64,000 nucleotides of DNA, from the NCBI GenBank assembly GCA_963668175.1, contig OY764159.1, forward strand, positions 3,296,001-3,360,000, in the 5' to 3' direction. Source of the stretch: Syntrophales bacterium. GTDB lineage: Bacteria; Desulfobacterota; Syntrophia; Syntrophales; PHBD01. Below, in pieces: positions 39,388-48,688 of the stretch. Both the position numbers and the translations under genes were made by a program. Under the pieces are notes generated by a model. The model was given only the letters and a program-made list of their open reading frames with translations, did not search any database and had not been told where the DNA came from. The stretch's first letter is position 1. The number at the start of each line of letters is the position of its first letter.

Positions 39388-39550
39388 GAGTAAGGCGGTC
39401 TCCGCAGCCTGAACCAACGCCTAGTAACAGCATCGGGCACGCAGACCGATGCCTGCAGCAGTCCGCCAGTCCTGTTCAGCGGGACGTCCTCCGTTTCATG
39501 CGCGTTTTCCTCGGTCAGGCGTTCCTTTCCGGCAGACAGCCGCCTTGATC
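39388..39550 (+). ncRNA. Candidate structured RNA or leader, class unknown
   Basis: Starts at the predicted TSS; AAGGCGG/CCGCCTT closing stem, GCCTGA/TCAGGC, hairpins GCATCGG/CCGATGC and GTCCTGT/GCGGGAC; folded by eye only. Confidence 0.35.
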
Positions 39551-39673
39551 TTCATCGCCGTCAACATCGTCTACGGGGATATGGTCTAACGCACGGAAAA
39601 GCCCCGCCAGTCGCCGATAACCGGCTGTCTTCAGCCGCGTCGCCAAGGGGCAACGACAGACACAGGCTTCAAC

Positions 39674-40573
39674 ATGCTGAGAATCTATCATATAAGCGAT
39701 CTTCACTTCAGCAAGAAAGAGAGCGACAATGACGGCGCCAGAATTCTGCTGCACAGGATCGCCCGGGTGTTCAATGCCCAATCCGGCTGCGGCGATTACC
39801 TTCTTGTCACCGGCGACATCACGGACACGGGCTCCCGGGTGGAATACTTCCTGGCCCTCGAGGCCCTCATGCCTTTCCGCGGCCGGATATTCGTCGTTCC
39901 CGGCGATCACGATTACGGCGGGCTTCTGGGCTCGAACTTCGACGAAATCAAAGCGAAACGTTTCGATACGCCTTTTGCCGAAGCTCTCGGCGTGGACCAC
40001 GCCTTCTTCGACAAATTCAACGTGATCGAAAACGGCTATGCGCCGTATACACGGGAACTGGATGACGGCAGCGGCACGAAAGTCCTGCTCATCGGCCTCA
40101 ACTCGTGCAGAAACGAGGGCATCCTTGATTTTGCCCAGGGAGGGATAGGCCGGCAGCAGCTTTTCAACCTGGACCGCATCCTTAGCGACCATACGCTGCG
40201 AGACGTACCGAAAATTCTTTTTCTCCATCACATTCCCATCAAGCACGCACGATTTCCCAATGTCATGACGCTGACGGACTGGGAGGCATTGATGCGCACG
40301 ATCGACGACCGCGTCGAAGTGATCGCCTTCGGCCATCAGGGCTACGAAGAAGACAACGGCGCATGGCTGAAGGCAAGCCGCAATATGTATGCTGCGGAAA
40401 GGGCGTCAGCCAAAGGAAAGCGTTTCCTGCTCGATGCCAACAGTTCGGTCTACGAACAATCCTGCTATCTTGTCACCTTCGATCGCGATACTGTAAGCGC
40501 TGAAATCATGGTCATGGGACCGCCCCTGGCAGAAAGCGATGAGCCTTTATTCGTGAGGGAGAGTGCCTTCTAG
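39674..40573 (+). CDS. Calcineurin-like metallophosphoesterase, copy 1
   Basis: SDLH, TGDI, PGDHD, LHH, FGHQG. Confidence 0.85.
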   Translation: MLRIYHISDLHFSKKESDNDGARILLHRIARVFNAQSGCGDYLLVTGDITDTGSRVEYFLALEALMPFRGRIFVVPGDHDYGGLLGSNFDEIKAKRFDTPFAEALGVDHAFFDKFNVIENGYAPYTRELDDGSGTKVLLIGLNSCRNEGILDFAQGGIGRQQLFNLDRILSDHTLRDVPKILFLHHIPIKHARFPNVMTLTDWEALMRTIDDRVEVIAFGHQGYEEDNGAWLKASRNMYAAERASAKGKRFLLDANSSVYEQSCYLVTFDRDTVSAEIMVMGPPLAESDEPLFVRESAF

Positions 40574-40821
40574 GATGACCGCTTCATGGCATGCGATGCA
40601 AACGGGAATATTCTATGCCGGAAAGGATGTGATAAACTGTAGCCAAAGGATTGTCTGACTTTGATAGCGGTGAGAAAAGTGCCGTTGTCTGCAGTTGAGT
40701 AGAGATTTCCTCTTTCGTCATCCTGAATGCCTCCATTAGCCTCTGTGTGTCCGTAAACGGCATGAACAGTCCAACAGTGAATCGTTGTTAACGCATTGAC
40801 TCTATCATTGGGGAGGCGACT

Positions 40822-41706
40822 ATGCTTACGATATACCATGTTAGCGATCTTCACTACGGCACAAAAAGTCCGCACAATAACAAGGCGGATTACTTGTTGA
40901 CGCAGCTTAAAGCTGATTGGGATAAGAATACGGCAGCGAATAAATATCTTCTCGTGACAGGCGACATCGTCGATGACGGCACAGAAATCAACTACGCTAC
41001 GGCAATGGACGCCTTGCTACCTTTTAAAGACAAGATCATCGTGATACCCGGAAATCACGATTACGGCTATATAGAAAGCGTCATTTATTCCGCTCGCGCC
41101 GCCCGCTATTTCGATCATCCCTTTTCGACGAACCTCGGAATGCTTAATCCATCTGCAAATTTCTTCGGCAAAATACCTTATCAGGTCACGTTGGACGATC
41201 ATAATGGAAATAAGATGAAGCTTATCGGACTCAACTCCTGCAAACAGACATCCGCCTGGAATGATTTCGCCCGGGGCGAAATAGGAACGGCGCAATTGGG
41301 ACGACTGAAAGAGATACTGGACAGCGATAATACAACGCCTAAACTCATCGCATTGCATCATATCCCCAATAAGGAAGCCGTTCCGGAGATGGTCATGACG
41401 CTGGAGGATCGTGAACAGTTAATAGATGCCGTCGGAAAACGTAGCTATGCGTTTGCCTTCGGTCATCAAGGTTGGTTCGAAGCAGACAATAAGCTGCAAA
41501 GATGCACACAAGCGAGAAAGATGTCGATCAATGCCTTCGCCGAACGCAAAGACGGCCCTTTCTTTCTTGATGCGAACAATTCGGTCGACGAATCGGCTTG
41601 TTATAAGATAACGGTGCTCGGCGGCACACCAAACACAGAGTTAATCAGGTTCGCCCCGCAACCGTCAGATGAGGGACAGCATGGCGATCCGGTTGAACAA
41701 CCCTGA
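40822..41706 (+). CDS. Calcineurin-like metallophosphoesterase, copy 2
   Basis: SDLH, TGDI, PGNHD, LHH, FGHQG; GGGAGG RBS. Confidence 0.87.
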   Translation: MLTIYHVSDLHYGTKSPHNNKADYLLTQLKADWDKNTAANKYLLVTGDIVDDGTEINYATAMDALLPFKDKIIVIPGNHDYGYIESVIYSARAARYFDHPFSTNLGMLNPSANFFGKIPYQVTLDDHNGNKMKLIGLNSCKQTSAWNDFARGEIGTAQLGRLKEILDSDNTTPKLIALHHIPNKEAVPEMVMTLEDREQLIDAVGKRSYAFAFGHQGWFEADNKLQRCTQARKMSINAFAERKDGPFFLDANNSVDESACYKITVLGGTPNTELIRFAPQPSDEGQHGDPVEQP

Positions 41707-41917
41707 TCGTATCCATGTGGTGGGAATGCCGGGATCGGATTCCGTACAATTAACGACATACGGGGATTGTAGACTTTCGCACCCTGCAGACACAAGCATA
41801 CCGTCGATCTTGACAGGAACTGTTCGAGAGGCCGTTTTTTGGTTCACAACGTGAAAGGAGGTGACCGACAAGATATTAGAACGAAATAACCTCATAATAG
41901 GATTAGGAGGTGTTCTG

Positions 41918-42781
41918 ATGGCTTTCACAGACAATTGTGATATTTTTGCATCTTTCCATGAAGACGGCTTTAACCGGATTATCAGGCATGTGCAAAGTCA
42001 AAGGCCGTCATTGTTTAATTACGCAACTGCATATATTGCAGCCAATCCGGAGCTTTTATGCGAAGCGGTTCCATCTCATCCCATCATCTTGGCTCGCAAT
42101 AATCCGCTTGTAACCATTGTTGATCCTCTGCCTGTCCCTGGAACCAATTACGCTGTCAATTTCGCAATACAACTGACCGGGTTGTGTATCGACTTTCACC
42201 CGGCCGATACGTTCAGTCTGCCGCCGGAATTGAGTCCGCCGCTTCAAGAACAGCGATGGGCGATCAAGTTGGATATTTGCGGCGGCTTTGGCTGTCCACC
42301 CAAGGAAATCGTGGATCATCTCATCCCTAAACCGAAAGAAACTCCGCAATCGACGGAATCCAAGAAGGGTGATTCCGGTCGGTCGCAAGATAAGGAACCC
42401 CTTGTTCCCATACAAATCCGCAAATTGATATGTTTCTCTCTGGAAGCCTATGCCACGGGCGGCATACGTGTCGCCACATACGACGGCAAACCGTATCTCG
42501 AAACTTATCTGGAGGGCTTCGAGATTGTGGACATCAAACCCGAAGGGCTCGAAAACAGCCTGGAGTGCTACATCGATCTGTTGCTGAAGCTTGTCGTTTT
42601 ACCCGGTTTAAGGATTCTGCTCTCTTACGCACCGCTCAATCTTACACAAGGGGCAACGGATCTTTTCCCTAAGCCTACCAATGTCGTCCTTGGCCCGATG
42701 CCTGTCTCGGCAGCACTGCCGAATAATCCGGCCATTGAAAGAGACCAGCTTAAAGTCTTCATCAAGGCGGAGGTGATCTGA
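41918..42781 (+). CDS. Hypothetical protein (island ORF A)
   Basis: AGGAGG before ATG 41918; 287 aa; no signal peptide. Confidence 0.75.
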   Translation: MAFTDNCDIFASFHEDGFNRIIRHVQSQRPSLFNYATAYIAANPELLCEAVPSHPIILARNNPLVTIVDPLPVPGTNYAVNFAIQLTGLCIDFHPADTFSLPPELSPPLQEQRWAIKLDICGGFGCPPKEIVDHLIPKPKETPQSTESKKGDSGRSQDKEPLVPIQIRKLICFSLEAYATGGIRVATYDGKPYLETYLEGFEIVDIKPEGLENSLECYIDLLLKLVVLPGLRILLSYAPLNLTQGATDLFPKPTNVVLGPMPVSAALPNNPAIERDQLKVFIKAEVI

Positions 42782-42782
42782 T

Positions 42783-43727
42783 ATGGCACATATAACCATT
42801 GCAGCATCCGAAAAAACCTTCAAAGCGCTTTTTGAAGGTATCCGCAACAATTTCAAATTCATAAAATCCGACAGCAAGGATTTTGGCCCTTTTACAGCTG
42901 CATACGCCCTGGAGGCACACTTGGAAGGTGGAACGATTGACCTTCGAGCCGACAACACCATCCGGATCAAGGAACTCGACATCAAATGGGACAAAGTCGA
43001 TCTGTGCATCGGCATCGACATCCCGGAAGTCAGTGTCGGAGGTTTTTGCATCATCCCCAGTCCGTTCGGAGGTTGTTGGGTACGCGCACCCAAAATCAGC
43101 GTATTCAGCGCTGACCCCGACATCACCGTCACACTGCCGCTCGGGGGACTCATCACGACAGAATTATCGGTTATAGGCTCGTTGCTGATCAAATATGCAT
43201 CGAATCCGAACCGTCCCATCGGCATGAACGAATGGGATGCGCAGGATGCAAGTCCTTCCCTTGCCAACCATTGGCAAGTATTTCTTGACCCGCAGACGGT
43301 GGATGTCGATTTGTTCGACATAGCCGACATGGCAGGCGATCTCCTGGAGAACGCCCTAAATACGGCGATCGACCGTTTGCTCGGCTTTCTCCCTGGTTGG
43401 GCAAAAGATCTGATCAAGGCCATCCTCGGTCCGATCATCGACGTGGTTAGGGCCATCCTGGATCTCCCGGACGATATTCAGGAGTGGATTAGCGATCTTC
43501 TGAATGTAAGTTTCGGTATGCTTGATATCGTTCTGCAGCTTGTAGCCGACTACTTCGCCAACCAATACCCTCTCCACCAAATCGAAGATCCGTATCCCAT
43601 GCTCAAAGCAACAGCCAATCCTAACCCGGGTTTTCCGTCATCCATCATACCGGTAAAGATCCCGATTCGCGATTTAAGAGTATTCAACAATGATCGGGAA
43701 ATGATCCTGGAAGGAAATGTGGGGTAA
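42783..43727 (+). CDS. Hypothetical protein (island ORF B)
   Basis: GGAGG RBS; starts 1 nt after ORF A; 314 aa. Confidence 0.75.
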   Translation: MAHITIAASEKTFKALFEGIRNNFKFIKSDSKDFGPFTAAYALEAHLEGGTIDLRADNTIRIKELDIKWDKVDLCIGIDIPEVSVGGFCIIPSPFGGCWVRAPKISVFSADPDITVTLPLGGLITTELSVIGSLLIKYASNPNRPIGMNEWDAQDASPSLANHWQVFLDPQTVDVDLFDIADMAGDLLENALNTAIDRLLGFLPGWAKDLIKAILGPIIDVVRAILDLPDDIQEWISDLLNVSFGMLDIVLQLVADYFANQYPLHQIEDPYPMLKATANPNPGFPSSIIPVKIPIRDLRVFNNDREMILEGNVG

Positions 43728-43731
43728 TAAT

Positions 43732-44433
43732 ATGAAAGCTAAATTGAACATACCATTATTCGAGACGATGACATTTGACAGCGGTTCCCTGGGAGTTCTG
43801 GCCATGGTGCTCCACCAGTTCAGTTCGCCGGGATATTATCGGACATCCATTATGAAACAGGACTGTACAGTGGGAGAGGTTGATTTTGAGGTCAATGAAA
43901 AGTCGGAAGTTATGCAACTGGATATCGATCTGGCACAGGTCAACTGGAAGACGAAGTTGAAATCGGCAGGCTTGGGCTTTAAAAGCGGAATACAGAATGC
44001 GGGTATCGTCTCTCCCAAAGGTTATGTATTGTTCCACGTGTCCTCGGGAAGCGGATACTCGGCCATGACATCGGAAAGGGAAGGCCGTGCGGCTTTTAAC
44101 AGCGCCACCCTCCAGGACGGCGATTTGTTTGCCGTTTCCCTCCTTGAACCGGCAGGTTATACGATGAAAAATGTTCTTGGATCGGCAACGGGAGGGATCG
44201 TAGTAACCCTGACATCCAAGGCGGCGAAATCCATCAAGACTCTTGAAACATGTCATATCGATGTGAACCAAAAGAAATTCAATCCGGAACGCGTTGAATT
44301 GACGGCTTCCCAAGGTCTCGTTTTCCACGTCAAGGACAGCGCAAGGATATTGATCGAGATGAAACGTGCAAAAGTACAGAAACATGCAAAACCGGCAATC
44401 CGGTGGCAGAAATTAAAGACGGCCAAGAGGTAG
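43732..44433 (+). CDS. Hypothetical protein with internal repeat (island ORF C)
   Basis: ATG 4 nt after the ORF B stop; internal repeats FDSGSL/FNSATL and LFHV/VFHV. Confidence 0.7.
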   Translation: MKAKLNIPLFETMTFDSGSLGVLAMVLHQFSSPGYYRTSIMKQDCTVGEVDFEVNEKSEVMQLDIDLAQVNWKTKLKSAGLGFKSGIQNAGIVSPKGYVLFHVSSGSGYSAMTSEREGRAAFNSATLQDGDLFAVSLLEPAGYTMKNVLGSATGGIVVTLTSKAAKSIKTLETCHIDVNQKKFNPERVELTASQGLVFHVKDSARILIEMKRAKVQKHAKPAIRWQKLKTAKR

Positions 44434-44892
44434 GAAAAGCAGGCGGTATCCAAGAGTTGTGTGATTTTCAGTCCTTTATGACAAGCGATTCGGGAAAGAC
44501 TGGCGGAGCGCTCTCAACCATACTACGACATTTTCAAGTTCAGGGATTTACCATTTTCCCACACTCAATCACCTTGTCTGCATGGGACAGGTATCAGAAA
44601 ACAGTTCGACTGATATCTGTCCCTTCCATTCTTTATTAAACAACACATAATGTTACTTATTATTTTCTGCTCTAATGAAGGACTCACGATGCCAGCCAAA
44701 TATATCGGTATCGACGGCAGGATTGAATATATTTCTTGCATGCCTTGAAGAAAGGTATCATATTCTTAACGAATTCCGGAATTGTAGGGACTGAAGCGTT
44801 GCAAAGACGCCGCCGGGCCGACATCCCTTGTCCTCGAATAATATGATACGCACAGATACTTATTCTTAATGCATCTGCACAGGAGATTCAGG

Positions 44893-45276
44893 TTGCCTTT
44901 TTCAACGACGTCCACACCTGACCGGATCGACGAAATTGCTCCGGACGGCGCTGAAATACGCCTTTTGTCCCGGATGGAAGGCGGCGGAGTATGTCATTGT
45001 TCCCTCGCTGCCGGTCTCACTTCCCGGGCCGTCCGGCACAAAACCGTCGAAGAAATATGGTACTTCCTGACCGGGGAGGGGGAAGTCTGGCGGAAGTCGG
45101 ACGCGCAGGAGTCGGTCGTCGCCGTGAAACCGGGCCTCTGTCTGACCATACCGCCGGGAACCCATTTCCAGTTCCGCAATACCGGTCAAGTTCCCCTGAC
45201 CTTCCTGTGCGTCACTATGCCTCCCTGGCCCGGCGACGAGGAAGCGGATCGGGTGGATGACTATTGGACCTTGTGA
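44893..45276 (+). CDS. Cupin domain protein
   Basis: APDGAEIRLL, HKTVEEIWYFLTGEGEVWR, IPPGTHFQFRN, MPPWPG; AGGAG then TTG 44893 (alternative ATG 44869). Confidence 0.85.
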   Translation: MPFSTTSTPDRIDEIAPDGAEIRLLSRMEGGGVCHCSLAAGLTSRAVRHKTVEEIWYFLTGEGEVWRKSDAQESVVAVKPGLCLTIPPGTHFQFRNTGQVPLTFLCVTMPPWPGDEEADRVDDYWTL

Positions 45277-45687
45277 AATCATCGATCCGCCGTCTTCACG
45301 TTGCCGCCGGAAAGACCTCACGGTCCGCCGGATATAACCGATAGTTCGGCATCCCCGTCTCGCCGGGGCCGGGGGCCGAAGCGATCCAGTCTTTTATGCC
45401 ATGTTCCAAACCGCCTACCGGCATATCGCGGTCCCCGATAAGCCGACACTCCCGAACCGCTTACGGTTAGTTGCCATTGACACGGCGAAAGAGACCGTTT
45501 AAAATGACACACAGTGAGGTTCCCTATCCGGGACCTTTGACTCAAAACCTATCCCGTGGAGGAGATCGGAAGCCCTGCCCCGGCGATGACATCCCTCCTT
45601 TTTTTGTTGAGGCTTCCATCGTAACGCCTTGGTTGCCGGAATACGCACCTCTTCCGGACAGGTCCAACCACGATAACGAGGTATCCC

Positions 45688-48009
45688 ATGAGCCAGGATC
45701 AATACCCGTATTTTTCCCCCGATCAGATTGTTCCCGAGACACCCGGCCCCGGCGCCGCACCGAAACCGTGGGGCAAAACCAGCATGGTGGGAAGCCGCCG
45801 GCCCCGCGTGGAAGGCTATGAACTGGTCAGCGGCAGGGCGGTTTATCCCTCCGATATGTCGCTGCCGGGGATGCTCACGGCCGCCGTGCTCCGCTCCCCC
45901 CATCCCAACGCCGTCGTCAAGAGCATCGACACGCGTGCAGCCGAAGGCATGCCCGGCGTCCGGGCGGTGCTGACGGGCAAAAGCCCCGAAGCGAACATCG
46001 TCTGGACGTGGTCCGACGACATCAAGACCAGGCTCTTCGACGACCGGTGCCGCTTCGAGGGGGAGGCCGTCGCCGCCGTTGCCGCCGAGAACGCCTACCA
46101 GGCGGGCGACGCCCTCGCCGCCATCAAGGTCGAATACGAGGTCCTGCCGCCCCTGGTGGACGAACATAAGGCCCTGGAGACCGGCGCGCCCCGCATCCAC
46201 GACAAGGGGAACCGCGTCAAGCCTGTGGAAATATACAAGCGGGGGGATGTGGCGAAAGGCTTTGCCGAGGCGGATGTCGTCCTGGAAGAGACCTACCGGA
46301 CGGAATGCGAGATACACACGCCCCTGGAACGGCACGGCTGCGTCGCCAAATGGGACCGCGACCGGTTGACCGTCTGGCCGTCCACGCAGGGCGTCTTCCG
46401 CATCCAGGCCCAGCTGGCCGCCATCCTGTCCATTCCCCTCTCCAAGGTGCGCGTCTCCGGAAGATACATGGGCGGGGGATTCGGCAGCAAACTGACCATG
46501 GACAAGGAAAACGTCATTGCCGCGCTCCTGGCGAAGAAGACGGGCCGGCCGGTGAAGCTCTTCATGAGCCGGGAGGAAACCTTCATCGCGGCGGGAAGCC
46601 GCCCGGCGGCGAACATGCGCCTGAAAGCGGGCGTCAGGAAGGACGGCACCCTGACGGCGCTCGATTTCACCTGCACGGCCACCTGCGGGGCTTACCCCGC
46701 CCAGGCCACGGGCGGCGTCGACTGGCAGATCAAGGACCTCTATCTCTGCCCCAACGTCCGGACCGAACTTACCGACATCTATACGAACGCCTGTCCGTCC
46801 CGTCCGTTCCGCGCTCCCGGTCATCCGCAGGGTGCATGGGCGCTGGAACAGATGCTCGACGCCCTGGCCGCCGCCGTCGGCATGGACCCGGTGGCCCTCC
46901 GCCTGAAGAATATCGCCGCGGTCAGCCAGGCGAGGCCGGGCAATCCCCCTTATACCTCGACGGGATTCAGGCAGTGCCTCACCGAAGGCGCCAGGGCCTT
47001 CGGCTGGGAGAAGGCAGCGGGCGCCGCCGGTAAACACGGAAACTGGCGGAAAGGCGTCGGCATGGCCGGGGGCATGTGGGTGGTCGGGGGCGGCGGACCG
47101 CCGTCGACGATCATTCTCAAACTGTTCGCCGACGGAAGCGTCAACCTGAACATGGGGGCAAGCGACATCGGCACGGGAACGCGGACGGTCATGTCCCTCG
47201 TCGTTGCCGAAGAGCTGGGCGTGAGACCCGAGGTCATCGACATCGAACATGCCGACACGGCCACCACGCAATTCGCCACCCCGAGCGGCGGGAGCAAGAC
47301 GGTCCCCACCGAATCGCCCGCCGTGCGCGCCGCCGCCATCAACGTCAAACAGCAGCTTCTGGCCATGGCCGCCGAGGACATGAAGGAAGCCGCCTCCGAT
47401 CTGGACATCAAAGGGGGCCGGATCGTATCGCGCCGCGACCCGGCGAAGAAAATCAAGCTCACGGACGTTACGGGGCTGAAACGGCAGGGGGTCGTCGTCG
47501 GCATCGGCTATCGCGGCCCGAACCCCGCCGATCGCGCGGTCAATCCCTTCTCCGCCCAGTTCTGTGAGGTCGAGGCGAACATCAGGACCGGCGAGGTCCG
47601 GGTCCTCCGTTTCCTCAGCGCCCACGACAGCGGCCGGATCATGAGCAGCCTCACCTTCGACAGCCAGGTAATCGGCGGTATCACCATGGGCATCGGGCTC
47701 GCCATGACGGAATCCCGCATCCTCGACCGCCGCCAGACGGGCAAGATCGTCTCGGGCAATTGGCACGACTACAAGATTCCGACGGCCATGGACGTCCCGG
47801 CGGACATCGCCGTCGTCCCGGTCGATCTCCCGGACAACGAGGCCAACATTGCCGGCGCCAAGGGCGTCGGGGAGCCTGCGACCATTCCCACGGCGGCCGC
47901 CGTGGCCAATGCCGTATACAACGCCACCGGGATAAGGCTCACCTCGACGCCGATCAGTCCGGCTTTGCTGCGTCAGGCGCTGGCAGCGGGCAAGAAGGAA
48001 CAGAAATAA
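45688..48009 (+). CDS. Xanthine dehydrogenase family Mo-binding subunit (PaoC-like)
   Basis: LRSPHP, STQG, GGGFGSK, FRAPGHPQG, DIGTG, SGGS, KGVGEP catalytic Glu. Confidence 0.92.
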   Translation: MSQDQYPYFSPDQIVPETPGPGAAPKPWGKTSMVGSRRPRVEGYELVSGRAVYPSDMSLPGMLTAAVLRSPHPNAVVKSIDTRAAEGMPGVRAVLTGKSPEANIVWTWSDDIKTRLFDDRCRFEGEAVAAVAAENAYQAGDALAAIKVEYEVLPPLVDEHKALETGAPRIHDKGNRVKPVEIYKRGDVAKGFAEADVVLEETYRTECEIHTPLERHGCVAKWDRDRLTVWPSTQGVFRIQAQLAAILSIPLSKVRVSGRYMGGGFGSKLTMDKENVIAALLAKKTGRPVKLFMSREETFIAAGSRPAANMRLKAGVRKDGTLTALDFTCTATCGAYPAQATGGVDWQIKDLYLCPNVRTELTDIYTNACPSRPFRAPGHPQGAWALEQMLDALAAAVGMDPVALRLKNIAAVSQARPGNPPYTSTGFRQCLTEGARAFGWEKAAGAAGKHGNWRKGVGMAGGMWVVGGGGPPSTIILKLFADGSVNLNMGASDIGTGTRTVMSLVVAEELGVRPEVIDIEHADTATTQFATPSGGSKTVPTESPAVRAAAINVKQQLLAMAAEDMKEAASDLDIKGGRIVSRRDPAKKIKLTDVTGLKRQGVVVGIGYRGPNPADRAVNPFSAQFCEVEANIRTGEVRVLRFLSAHDSGRIMSSLTFDSQVIGGITMGIGLAMTESRILDRRQTGKIVSGNWHDYKIPTAMDVPADIAVVPVDLPDNEANIAGAKGVGEPATIPTAAAVANAVYNATGIRLTSTPISPALLRQALAAGKKEQK

Positions 48010-48032
48010 CGGAACCTGCGGGAGCGATATTT

Positions 48033-48686
48033 ATGCAAGAAGAACGTAAAGAAAAGAACCCCCAAGAGCAGAAAGGCGTATCGCGCCGCGGCTTCATGCA
48101 GATCGTGGGCGCCGGGGCCCTGGCCACGACGCTGGGCGGCGTCGGCCGCGCCGACTCCGCCGGGACCGCCGACGCGGTTGCGAAGGGAGAGGAAGTCATG
48201 GTGAACCTGAAGATCAATGGAAAGCCTTACCGCGTCGCGGTCGAAGCCCGCTGGACTCTCCTCGACGTCCTGCGGGAGAAACTGGGGATGACCGGCACCA
48301 AACTGGGCTGCGGACGCGGCGAATGCGGGGCATGCACCGTTCTCATCGACGATAAACCGCGTTATGCGTGCCTGACCCTGGCCCTGGAAGCGGAAGGAAA
48401 GGCGATCACCACGCTGGAGGGGCTCATGAACGGAGACGAATTGGGACCCGTTCAGCAGGCCTTTTGGGACCAGGACGCCATGCAGTGCAGCTATTGCACG
48501 CCGGGCCAGATCATGGCGGCGGAAGGACTGCTCCGGGCCAATCCCGAACCGACGCTTCCGGATATCCGGCTGGGTATGAGCGGCAACCTTTGCCGCTGCG
48601 GCTCGTACGCCCATATCTTCAAAGCGGTCGATCAGGCGGCCAAGCGCCGGCGGGCGGCCTCCAAGACCGCCGCCAAGGAGGGATGA
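48033..48686 (+). CDS. 2x[2Fe-2S] subunit with Tat signal (PaoA-like)
   Basis: SRRGFMQ; GCGRGECGAC; QCSYC; NLCRC. Confidence 0.92.
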   Translation: MQEERKEKNPQEQKGVSRRGFMQIVGAGALATTLGGVGRADSAGTADAVAKGEEVMVNLKINGKPYRVAVEARWTLLDVLREKLGMTGTKLGCGRGECGACTVLIDDKPRYACLTLALEAEGKAITTLEGLMNGDELGPVQQAFWDQDAMQCSYCTPGQIMAAEGLLRANPEPTLPDIRLGMSGNLCRCGSYAHIFKAVDQAAKRRRAASKTAAKEG

Positions 48687-48688
48687 CC

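Noticed and set aside
39050..44870. Mobile element boundaries for the island
   Set aside because: No integrase, transposase, tRNA or flanking direct repeats seen, so it is not called a mobile element
45499..47766. 755-aa minus-strand ORF, and similar long antisense ORFs at 4484-5956, 21364-22725, 23186-24709 and 53990-55651
   Set aside because: Each mirrors a well-supported gene on the opposite strand
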